Of a stretch of 64,000 bases of DNA, positions 1 through 11,032 are shown in pieces; within the stretch, counting starts at the first letter, position 1, and each line of letters begins with the position of its first letter. The notes beneath the pieces were generated by a model, which saw only the letters and a program-made list of their open reading frames with translations, was not told the DNA's origin and did no database searches. Source of the DNA: Zygnema circumcarinatum SAG 698-1b (lineage: Eukaryota; Plantae; Zygnematophyceae); NCBI GenBank assembly GCA_037447605.1, contig CM074812.1, forward strand, positions 1,550,001-1,614,000, in the 5' to 3' direction. The translations under genes and the position numbers were made by a program.

Positions 1-225
1 CTCTCCTCTCTTTCTTGATTGGCTGTCCTGCTGTAGAGAAAGAACTGTGAGGGAAGATAGCGCGAACAAGATAGAGAACGAAGGCGTGAGGGAGTGGGAG
101 AGACAGTGGGAGACAGTGGGAGAGAGTGGGAGAGAGTGAGGAGGAGAATTCGAAGAGAGAGAATGGGAAGAGGAGGTACGGAATGTAGCGGAGGTGGGCG
201 GACGCTGCAGGCTATATACAGCTTA
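1..225 (-). promoter_or_regulatory. Possible TATA box and pyrimidine-rich 5' leader of a gene lying left of the window
   Basis: Minus strand reads GCTGTATATAGC (TATATA near 213-218) followed by a CT-rich leader running to the window edge. No coding sequence is visible, so this is inference. Confidence 0.3.
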
Positions 226-418
226 GCGATACACTACTTTCTAGTTCATAGCTGACTTGAAGGCAGTCGGACCAGATACTACGCAAAACGCCAATGAAAG
301 CACGCTGTTCCTTTCGCGAATGGTTCAAATGTATTCACAGGGAGGAAGCGAGAGGAGAGAAACGAAAGGGAGAGGTACGACGCGAGCAATGTGATATTAA
401 ATTGAGGCAGATACAATA

Positions 419-627
419 CTCGGTGTCAGACTTAGCCCGGAGGGTACTAAATTCCTGAATTTATTACTGTATACAGTACTAAAAGTCAAAGTTTCGTGTA
501 CGTATTCCGGGTCGGGATCCGCGGCTCTGCCGAACCCAGCCTTCTGAAATGCGTACCTAGCCAATGGTTAATTCGCCCGACAGGCCTACTAATTTTGATT
601 TGGCCATGTGTTAACACTGACTCCCCC
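419..627. mobile_element. Degenerate copy of a small inverted-repeat (MITE-like) element, homologous to 42952-43124
   Basis: Shares GTCAGAC.T.GCCCGGAG at the left end, TGCCGAACC, CAATG.TTAATTCGCCCGACAGGC.TAC and TGATTTGGC.ATG internally, and CTGACTCCCCCT at the right end with the 42952-43124 copy. Confidence 0.6.
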
Positions 628-1943
628 TAATATTGGAACGATCAGACCTAAGCCCCTACGCTGGATTTCGCCAGAGTCACACATAACACCTTTTTTTCAA
701 AAGTTTTTTCGCCCTCAATTGGTTTTCCTCTTACAAATTCGAAGTCCGTAAGTCTTATGGCTTCCCATACCGTCAATTTTCAGCAACGTCAAACTCTGTT
801 CTACTTTCATTTTTGTGAGTGTCAAAGAGTGAAATGAGCCAAAAAATCGACAAAAGAATGCCTGACAAGACCCTCCACCCTCCCTCTCTAAATCGACCTC
901 ATTCTTCGACTGTTTCTGAAAGGCAATTTAACTATCGCTTTCTTAAAAAAGCGTTCCCTTTCATTTCCGTTTCCTTTTTTTCTTTTTACCTTCTCAATCT
1001 TTGGTTCACAATGGGTCGTTACATGTCGGGAGCATTCAGTCACGTTCTAAGGATTTACGGGCCAATGTTCCATGGAACGATCTGAGCTTTTGGGGTTTTA
1101 GGAAAGTAAAACATGACTTTGCAAATAGTGAGGGAGAGTGCGAGGAGGGAGAGAGAGAGAAAGGGACGAAGGGGAGGAAGGGAGGGAGGGAGGGAAGGAC
1201 GGAGAAGAGGGAGAGAGAACTTGAGACAGAGAGGGAAAGAGGACGGCAAGGAAGGGAATTGGGCAGGGAGGGAGCGTGGATGGAGGGAGGGAGGGAGGGA
1301 GAGGGGAGGAGAGAGAGGGAAGGAAGGGAGCGGGAGAGGGAGGGAGGGAGAGAAAGGGACGACGAGGGAAGGGAAAGGAGAGATAAAGGGAGGCGGAAGG
1401 AGGGAGGGAGAAGGATGGAGAGGGAGAGAGGAAGACAGAGAAAATGGACAGAACGGTCAAAAGGTTCCAGTCGCCCAACTTATTTACAGAACAGAGACAT
1501 CAGAGATCACATGTACTAGTTTCCGTTTTTCCCAACAAAGCGTTGGTGTAACTAAACTGAAACTGAAGCTGAAACTGCTGCATGTAGACCGATCTATATG
1601 TTCGCCTAGCAATGTACACCTCCTCTACTGATTCGAATTTTTCCACCCTATAGAAGCCCCCTGAGGCCTATACACCACCAACTGAATCATCCAAACCCCA
1701 CAACCCAATGCTCTACCACTCCTCCCCTCCTGAACCCTCAACCTATGATTGGTACATTGCCGAAACCCCACAGTAATGACACCCCCTCTACACTCCTTTC
1801 TCCTTCCTCCCCCTCTTCTCTCTCTCAATTCTGCGTTTAATGTCACGTAGACGATATGAGGAAGGAATTCGTCCTCCTACATGGCTTCTTGAGACGACCC
1901 CAACATCACATCCCAAGTGACATCACACATCCGTTACATCACC

Positions 1944-2533
1944 TCACCAGTATGTATCCAAGTACGAAGTATGTCTGTAGCGGTTGAATTCCAGCAAGCT
2001 GCTATAGGTCCGGTCGGCCACTCCGATAAAGAGGGCTTCTGTGTCAGGGCTGAAGGAAATTCCGGCGACTTCTCCGAATAAGTCGATTTCTTGGCTTCGT
2101 CGAAACTCCTGTTTTGTGTCGAAAACATGAACAAAATCTGCAGGCTCGGACATGGCCATGAACCTGCGAAGGGGGGGGAGGGAGGAGTACACAGATACTG
2201 GGGTGAGAGAGGTGCAAGGGGGGGGGGTTGGGAGGGAGGGAAGGAGGGAGGAGGGGAGAGAGCGAGAGAGAGAGAGGGGGAGTGCGAGGGAGGGAGGGAG
2301 AGAGGGGGGAGCGATAGAGAGTGAGAGAGCAAGGACGTGATGAAGGAAGAGAGGGGGGGAATCGAGAGAGGGAGAGCGAAGGAAGGAGCGAGGGAGAGAG
2401 GGACGAGAAGCACAAAATGAAGCATGAATCAGAATGGAAGAAATGGGATACATGAGGAGAGACTCAACACACTCGAGTGCTCAAAACAAGGAGGCTAAAA
2501 TTTTACGGTTTCCAACATATTCCAGCGAATTCC

Positions 2534-2592
<59 letters not shown>

Positions 2593-5543
2593 TTTCCTTT
2601 CCAGGTTGTTCGTATTTTCAGCTCTGCAAGCTGAAGAAAAACAAAAGGAGGCGAGAAAGGGAAGAAATTAAGATGTTTGAAATGAGTACCGTCCATCTGC
2701 CGTAAAGCGTATAGAACGGATAGCCCCTATGCGGCCCTTTAGAGCCAATAGCGAGGCCTTCAAGTAGCGCAGGTCCCACAGGCGGCAGGTCGTGTCCTGG
2801 TTGCCCGTAGCGAACAGGCGCCCGTCCGGGTGCCACGCGGAGGCGAAGGAGTAGTCCAGGTGGCCCCTCAGAGAGGCTACCACCTGCGGGAGAGGAGGGA
2901 GAGAGGGGAGAGAGGAGGAGAGGAGAGGAGGGGAGTGGAGGGGAGGGAGGAGGGGGAGGAGGGGAGGAGGGAGGGGAGGAGGGGAGGGGAGGAGGTGGGA
3001 GGGGAGGGAGGAGGGGAGGGGGAGGAGGAGGAGGGGAGGAGGAGGAGGGAGGAGGGGAGGGGAGGAGGGGAGGGGAGGGAGGAGGAGGGAGGAGGGAGGG
3101 AGGGGAGGGAGGAGGAGGAGGAGGGAGAGGGAGGGAGGCAGGAGGGAGTAAGGGGAGGGAGGGAGGAGGAGAGGGAGGAGGGGAGGAGGAGGGGAGGGAG
3201 GGGAGGAGGGGAGGAGGAGGGAGGAGAAGGAGGAGGGGAGGGGAGGTGAGGAGGAGGGGAGGGAGGATGGAGGGGAGGGGAGGGAGGAGGAGGGGAGGAG
3301 GGGAGGGGAGGGGAGGAGGAGGAGGGGAGGAGGAGGGGAGGAGGGGAGGGGAGGAGGAGGGAGGGAGGGGAGTGAGAGGAGGAAAAGAGGAGGAGAGGAG
3401 GGGAGGAGGAGGGGAGGAGGGAGGGGGAGGAGGGGAGGAGGGGAGGAGGGGAGGGGAGGGAGGAGGGGAGGAGGAGGGGAGGGAGGAGGGAGGGAGGAGG
3501 AGGGAGGAGGAGAGGGAGGAGGGGAGGGAGGAGGGAGGGGAGGGGAGGAGGGGAGGGGAGAGGAGGAGGAGGGGAGGGAGGAGGAGGGGAGGGGAGGAGG
3601 AGAGGGAGGAGGGGAGGGGAGGAGGGGAGGGGAGGGGAGGAGGGGAGGGGAGGGAGGGGGAGGGGAAGGAGGAGGGGAGGAGGGAGGGGAGGAGGAGGGG
3701 AGGATGGGAGGAGGGGAGGGAGGAGGAGGGGAGGAGGGAGGGAGGAGGAGGGAGTGAGGGAGGAGGGGAGGAGGAGGGGAGGGGAGGAGAGGAGGGGAGG
3801 GGAGGGGAGAGAGGAGGAAAGAGAGGAGAGGAGGGGGAGGTGAGGGGAGGAGAGGGGAGGGGAGGAGGGAGGGGAGGAGGGGAGGGGAGGGGAGGAGGAG
3901 AGGGAGGAGGGGAGGGGAGGAGGGGAGGAGGAGGAGGGAGGGAGGAGGGGAGGAGGAGGGGAGGGGAGGGAGGAGGGGAGGGAGTAGGGAGGGGGAGAAG
4001 GGGAGGAGGGGAGGAGGGAGGGAGGAGGGGAGGGAGGATGGGAGGGGAGGGGGAGGAGGAGGGGAGGGAGGAGGGGAGGGGAGGGGAGGGGAGGGAGGAG
4101 GAGGGAGAGAGGGAGGAGGGGACGGGAGGGAGGGGAGGGGAGGAGGGGAGGGGGGAGGAGGGAGGGGAGGAGAGGGGAGGGGAGGGAGAGAGGAGGAAAG
4201 AGAGGGAGGAGAGGAGGGGAGGAGGGGAGGAGGGGAGGGGAGGGGAGGAGGGAGGGGAGGAGAGGAGGGGAGGAGGGGAGGGAAGGAGGGGAGGGAGGTT
4301 GCATTCAGTAAGCGCACTCTCACTCTCAACCCTCATGTTTAACCCCACTCAAATGATGGTTTCAACCTTAGTTAGTTTTAGTTGTGATTGCTTTTACTCC
4401 ATGGGAAGTGAAGTCGTCAAGTTTACGGAGTCAAAATCGCCATGCATGGTGGTGGGAGCCTCCCATAAACACAACAGAATGAAAGGCAGGACAAGACAAG
4501 TCAAGACAAGTCAAGTCAACTCAAGTCAAGTGAAGTCAAGTGAAGTCACCTTTCCCGATTGGCTGTCGGCGAGAAGGCCCTCCGGATCATCTCCGACCAC
4601 GAGGACCACTTTGCCATCCGGACTCATCGATGTGTGCTGCCATGCCATGCCATGGGGCCCATCACATCACATGGCCCAAGTTAGGGTTGGGGGGGAGGGA
4701 GAGAGAGGGAGCGAGAGAGTGAGACATAGAGAGAGAAGCAAGCAAGCTTCAGCGTGAGACTGATTGATGACATGGTCAAAGTACGCACCAAAGGACGTAA
4801 AGAAACGACCTACATTTCTAAGTTGCTGCTGAATGATTCTTGACCTCCCACACCACATATAAGCAATACATTTACAAGAATATTCGTAAGGTTGGAAAAC
4901 TTAAAAAAGATAGAAATAAGGAAGAGGGAGGCGGGGCAGAGAGCAAGAAGCTTACATTGACAGGCCACGGAAACTCATGGCGAGCCAAAGTAGCAAAAGT
5001 ATCGCAGTCGAAAACTCGCACCATCGAATCATTGTTCGAAGTCATTAACCGTAGAGAGCCACTGAACGCCCACACATGGAAAACATCAGCGACATCATCA
5101 TCATGTTTAAAACATATTTCAGATCCCAAAGTTCAACTACTTTCTACAGATGATGCAAACCCTTCATTCACACAGAAAGCCTATACGAAAACTTACATTT
5201 TGAGTTCTAAAACCACATCATTCAAAAACCCTAGAACCCATAGGGTCTAGACTTTAGGGTTTAGGGCTGGCAGAGGTTGTGGCCCTACCTCGGAGTCTCG
5301 TACACCTCAATAGCGTTTGTGATGGCGTTGCTATCGCTTGTGATGCGCGAACAGTACGCCACGCCGGGATGGGAGAGCCGCTTGCAGACCATCTCGCCGT
5401 GGAACCCGCCAGCCACTAAGAAGTCGCCACGTATGCACATGGTGCTGATCTGGACACGCTCTACTGGGAGGGGGGGAGCCCAGGAACATAGTTCCTGCTC
5501 ACCACAGGGAGGGGGGAGAGAGAGGGGGGGGGANNNNNNNNNN

Positions 5544-5592
<49 letters not shown>

Positions 5593-6058
5593 AAAAGAGA
5601 GAGAGAGAGGAGAAAGAGGGAGGGAAGGTGGAGACGGGAGCGAGGAAGGGGAAAAGAGAGGGAGAGGAAGGAGAGAGAGAGAGAGAGAGAAAAAAAAGCG
5701 AGGTTTGTTAGTGGACATAAACCAGGCTCCGCGTGCAATAGTAGTTTTGCACATCCTGATGTGAAACCTTGAAAGTCCGACGTTTAACTTAACACATGTG
5801 CGATGAGTGGGAAAGAGACCAGGCAGAGAGGAAAAACGAGGCGAATAAAAGAAGGGCGACGGGGAGGAATGCCAAAGAGAGGGAGAGAGAAGAGGGAGAA
5901 GATAGAAGAAGATGGGAAAAAAAAGGGAGAAAAGGGACGAAGGAGAGCGCAAGGTGGAGACAAGAAATGAAGGAATAGGTGAAGAGGATGGAGCGAGAGG
6001 GCAAGGATGGGGGAAGTGCAGAAGAATCCAGAGAGAGAGGAGAAAGACAGGGGAATGC

Positions 6059-6126
<68 letters not shown>

Positions 6127-6139
6127 CGGGAGGAGAACG

Positions 6140-6228
<89 letters not shown>

Positions 6229-8919
6229 GCAGAGAGAGCGGCGCTCACCTCATGTGTGGGAATGATGGGGACTCCAACATTGAGCACTTCTGTGAGGCTG
6301 CGCTGCAAAGGGGACCAATGGTTGATGGCATAGTGATGCATCACATACACGTCATGCTTCGATGTTGCCCATACAAGATTTCGGAGCTGGGAGACAAACA
6401 CATCATCAAAAAAGCGTTAAACTAATGATTATCGTCTCAATGGACATGGTCAATTTTCTTGAACAAAAGATAGCCCCAGTGTTGACTTGTAATTATCTCA
6501 ATTGGGTCTTTTGTGAGCCGGCCTTCTGCTAGGAGATTAAAGGACCCAAAGAAAAAAGAGCTGTCTTTTGATGTGCATACCCCGGTTTTAACCTCAGGAA
6601 CTAAATGTAACAAAAACCCTAAAACCCTAAAAACCCTAAAAACAAGCATTCAGGGTCGAGAATATTGCTTAATTGAGCATGATTTTAGTCATGACTTGTT
6701 TACTAGTGTGAGCCAAATTTTGCCAAACATTAGCGCTCTCTATGCCGTGACATACAACCAAGGGAGGAGGGGCAAAAGTCTATTCAGTTGAACAAAAATC
6801 TGCCTTTCATCATGATACCATGATAATGCCTACCTGGTATCATGGTGTAACATACAGTTCTACCTTCTCCCAATACCTCCTCCTCCATTCACCTTCCCTC
6901 TCTCCTCCCCTCTCCTCCCACTCCACTTACATCTTCCCTCTCTTTCGTTCCCCACTCACCTGAAAGTGCACTATCGTTGACTTCACAGCGCGAGTGTTGT
7001 AGCGGAACTCGTAATGTTTAGCGCCCGTCACAAACGGCCGGCACTCCTGCACCTCTCAAGAGGAAAAAAGAAGGGGGAGGAAGGGTGGGGGAAGGGGGGA
7101 AGGAGGGGGAATGGAACGGGAGGGGGGTAAGTAAACTGTAAACAAGTAAACACGCATATATTTAAGCTTCATACATTAGGGAGGGANNNNNNNNNNAGGG
7201 AGGGAGGGAGGAAGGGAGGCGGTGGGAGGGTGAGGGACAGAGAGGGAGGGGGTGGGAAGGAGAGGAGGGGCTGGAAAGATGAGGGCGGAAGGGAGGCAAT
7301 GGGAGAGGAGGGAGAACGAGGGAGAGGAGGGAGTGGGAGAGAGAGGAAGTGGAAGGGTAGGGAATGGAGGAAGGGAGGCAGTGAGAGGGTGAGGGAACGA
7401 GTGGGAGGGTGAGAGAGTGGCTTCACCTTATCCAACTGATCATGCTTTTTATTCAAATTTTCATAGTTTTTGTACTGTTGTAAGCGCGTCTCTCGGTATC
7501 TCTCTCGCGTGAAATGCAAATGTTCCCATGGTATCCCCTGAATGTCTTTTCCTCTCCTTGCTTGCGATGCGCTTGTATCAGTAGCTTGATCCAACTGCCA
7601 AGTAAATGAGAAAAAAAAGTGTTATTTACGCTACTTTTCAAAAGCTCATATTCAGCAACAGTATAAGTGCAGACTCTCTCCCCCCCCCCCCTCCCTCTCC
7701 CTCTCTCAGACCAGAACGGCAGGTTTCTTGAAACAAACCATACATAGCCTGCATGATGACACAGGACAATGAGTCCAAAACATGTCATAAGTGAAGTGAA
7801 AATCACAGGCCTATAAGTTATAAAACAAACAACGATATAAGAAGAGGAAAGCCATATGGGAAGAGGGTAAAAATCACCAAAAAACCAAAAGAAAATTAGA
7901 AAAAAAAGAGGGTAAAAAGTGGGGGGTGGTGTACCACATCTTCCTCCTCCTCTGAGTCGCTTTCCAGCCCTCTGTTCTCCTCCGCTCTGCCCGGCCGGAC
8001 AGCATATGCCTCGTCCTCCTCCTCCTCCTCTGCCCCCATCTGCACAGAGTGCGGCAAAGCAGGGGTGAGCTCCTGCAGCTTCCTGCACTTGTAGGTTTTG
8101 ATGCTAAAAAGAGCATTTTGGTTTTTTGGGACTTGGGGTCCAGGGCTAGATGAGAAATTAGGGTTAGTGAAGTTCTGATAGGGTTTGTGGGGTTGGTAAA
8201 GTTCCAGAAACTGAAGGTTTTGGAGTTTTCAACCATTGTAGGGTGGTTGAGGGGTTTGCAATCCCTGAAAATATAGTTATATCCTATAGATGATTTTTGA
8301 ACAGGAGGCAACATGGCATGGTTCCTATTCACATGCAAGTTCATCATATGCAGCTCGACGCAAGGACAAATTTGGATTCAAAAATATTACCATGGTACTG
8401 TGGCGCAAGAGAGTGAGAGAGAGAGAGAGAAAGTGAGGGAGGGAGAGACAGAGAGTAAGAGAGGGAGGGCGAGAGAGAGAGAGTAAGAGAGGGAAGGAGG
8501 GAGAGAGTAAGAAAGAGCGGGAGAGAGAAAGAGAGAATAAGCGAGGGAGGAATGGAGAGAAAGAGAGGAGAGCGAGAGTGAGCGACAGGGTGAAAAGAGG
8601 GAAAGACTACTCTCTCTAGTTTTCCTGTCCCTCTTTCCATCCTTTCAAGCGGCGGTTGAAAAAAAAAAAAAAAATAGGGTTTGATGTGACAATTGTCACA
8701 TCCGTCCACTCAGACTCTCAAGCCCCCTTTTCAGCAAAACATGCATCCCAAGAACACTCGCAAAACCCTAAAACCTGCAGAATTTGTAGCCCTCCAACAT
8801 AGAAACCCTAAAAACTGGAAAACTGTGACTGTAACTGCAAGCATCTGCAAACCCTACAAGCCGTTCACCATGTAGTCGTCCGCTTCTTCGTAGTCCACGA
8901 CCTGCCGCCAGTGCGACAT
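1944..8919 (-). CDS. WD40-repeat protein, plant C2A9.03-like / DUF2415-type family, about 453 aa, 10 exons
   Basis: Exons in transcript order: 8919-8869 (MSHWRQVVDYEEADDYM), 8039-7935, 7594-7427 (TDTSASQARRGKDIQGIPW), 7046-6960 (YEFRYNTRAVKSTIVHFQ), 6386-6249 (LRNLVWATSKHDVY), 5494-5289 (VQISTM..LVAGGFHGE), 5061-4956 (TSNND), 4636-4550, 2883-2690 (GHLDYSFASAWHPDG..ATGNQDTTCRLWD), 2163-1944 (MSEPADFVHVFD..ISFSPD, stop TGA). All introns are GT-AG and phases are consistent. The exon 6 acceptor is the least certain junction. Confidence 0.93.
2886..4298 (+). repeat. About 1.4-kb near-pure polypurine (GGA/GGGGA/GAG) tract within a WD40 intron
   Basis: Almost exclusively G and A on the plus strand, inside intron 2884-4549. 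It is the source of the spurious 576/553/503/475-aa Pro- or Gly/Glu/Arg-rich ORFs. Confidence 0.95.
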
Positions 8920-8951
8920 CCCTCCCTACTTTCCCCCCTCCCCGGGGACAC

Positions 8952-9009
8952 GACACGTGGCGCCTCTCAGAAAAACGACACGTGGCGCCACGAGAGTGGA
9001 ACACGTGGC
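8952..9009. promoter_or_regulatory. Cluster of three G-box/ABRE-type motifs (ACACGTGGC) just upstream of the WD40 start codon
   Basis: CACGTG at 8954, 8979 and 9002, each as ACACGTGGC, 35-88 bp upstream of the ATG at 8919. Repeated at 11067, 11092 and 11115 in the duplicate. Confidence 0.55.
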
Positions 9010-9537
9010 ACCAGTACGCCGCCCCCCCCAACTCCGCAACGGCTCATAGATTCCTGAGAGAGGACTTTGGTAGTCAGTCAACTCGTTCCATGTGACGGGG
9101 AATGTTGGATCTATTGGCCATTACCGTTATTGTCACCGTTAAGTTCCGACAAGGAAAGGCTAAGTGGGAATTGAGAGAGTCGACGTCTAGTCGTTCCATG
9201 CAGCAAAATACATCGGACCAACTCCAGTTCCAGCGCTGTGTTACTGGTCACGTTAAGCGGTAACTTGGAAACCGAGATCTGGGTCCTACCGTTCCATGAA
9301 GCTAAATGTACGAGAGTTAGTTCTCGTTTTACAACGATTCGATCAGTAAAGCGGTAACTGGGAGCCATGTACCGCAGGTGATTCGGATAGAGTTGACGCT
9401 GGGCATCTTCAGTNNNNNNNNNNAGAACGAGGGAGAGGAGGGAGTGGGAGAGAGAGGAAGTGGAAGGGTAGGGAATGGAGGAAGGGAGGCAGTGAGAGGG
9501 TGAGGGAACGAGTGGGAGGGTGAGAGAGTGGCTTCAC

Positions 9538-11032
9538 CTTATCCAACTGATCATGCTTTTTATTCAAATTTTCATAGTTTTTGTACTGTTGTAAGCGCGT
9601 CTCTCGGTATCTCTCTCGCGTGAAATGCAAATGTTCCCATGGTATCCCCTGAATGTCTTTTCCTCTCCTTGCTTGCGATGCGCTTGTATCAGTAGCTTGA
9701 TCCAACTGCCAAGTAAATGAGAAAAAAAAGTGTTATTTACGCTACTTTTCAAAAGCTCATATTCAGCAACAGTATAAGTGCAGACTCTCTCCCCCCCCCC
9801 CCTCCCTCTCCCTCTCTCAGACCAGAACGGCAGGTTTCTTGAAACAAACCATACATAGCCTGCATGATGACACAGGACAATGAGTCCAAAACATGTCATA
9901 AGTGAAGTGAAAATCACAGGCCTATAAGTTATAAAACAAACAACGATATAAGAAGAGGAAAGCCATATGGGAAGAGGGTAAAAATCACCAAAAAACCAAA
10001 AGAAAATTAGAAAAAAAAGAGGGTAAAAAGTGGGGGGTGGTGTACCACATCTTCCTCCTCCTCTGAGTCGCTTTCCAGCCCTCTGTTCTCCTCCGCTCTG
10101 CCCGGCCGGACAGCATATGCCTCGTCCTCCTCCTCCTCCTCTGCCCCCATCTGCACAGAGTGCGGCAAAGCAGGGGTGAGCTCCTGCAGCTTCCTGCACT
10201 TGTAGGTTTTGATGCTAAAAAGAGCATTTTGGTTTTTTGGGACTTGGGGTCCAGGGCTAGATGAGAAATTAGGGTTAGTGAAGTTCTGATAGGGTTTGTG
10301 GGGTTGGTAAAGTTCCAGAAACTGAAGGTTTTGGAGTTTTCAACCATTGTAGGGTGGTTGAGGGGTTTGCAATCCCTGAAAATATGTAGTTATATCCTAT
10401 AGATGATTTTTGAACAGGAGGCAACATGGCATGGTTCCTATTCACATGCAAGTTCATCATATGCAGCTCGACGCAAGGACAAATTTGGATTCAAAAATAT
10501 TACCATGGTACTGTGGCGCAAGAGAGTGAGAGAGAGAGAGAGAAAGTGAGGGAGGGAGAGACAGAGAGTAAGAGAGGGAGGGCGAGAGAGAGAGAGTAAG
10601 AGAGGGAAGGAGGGAGAGAGTAAGAAAGAGCGGGAGAGAGAAAGAGAGAATAAGCGAGGGAGGAATGGAGAGAAAGAGAGGAGAGCGAGAGTGAGCGACA
10701 GGGTGAAAAGAGGGAAAGACTACTCTCTCTAGTTTTCCTGTCCCTCTTTCCATCCTTTCAAGCGGCGGTTGAAAAAAAAAAAAAAAATAGGGTTTGATGT
10801 GACAATTGTCACATCCGTCCACTCAGACTCTCAAGCCCCCTTTTCAGCAAAACATGCATCCCAAGAACACTCGCAAAACCCTAAAACCTGCAGAATTTGT
10901 AGCCCTCCAACATAGAAACCCTAAAAACTGGAAAACTGTGACTGTAACTGCAAGCATCTGCAAACCCTACAAGCCGTTCACCATGTAGTCGTCCGCTTCT
11001 TCGTAGTCCACGACCTGCCGCCAGTGCGACAT
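9538..11032 (-). other. Second copy of WD40 exons 1-3 (duplicated segment, probably an assembly redundancy)
   Basis: Exon copies at 11032-10982, 10150-10046 and 9705-9538 match exons 1-3 of the WD40 gene. Confidence 0.85.

Noticed and set aside
2618-4757. Long extensin-like (Pro/Ser/Leu) and Gly/Glu/Arg ORFs of 475-576 aa
   Set aside because: They are translations of the intronic polypurine tract; open in several frames because the repeat cannot form stop codons. Only the GHLDYSF exon within them is real.
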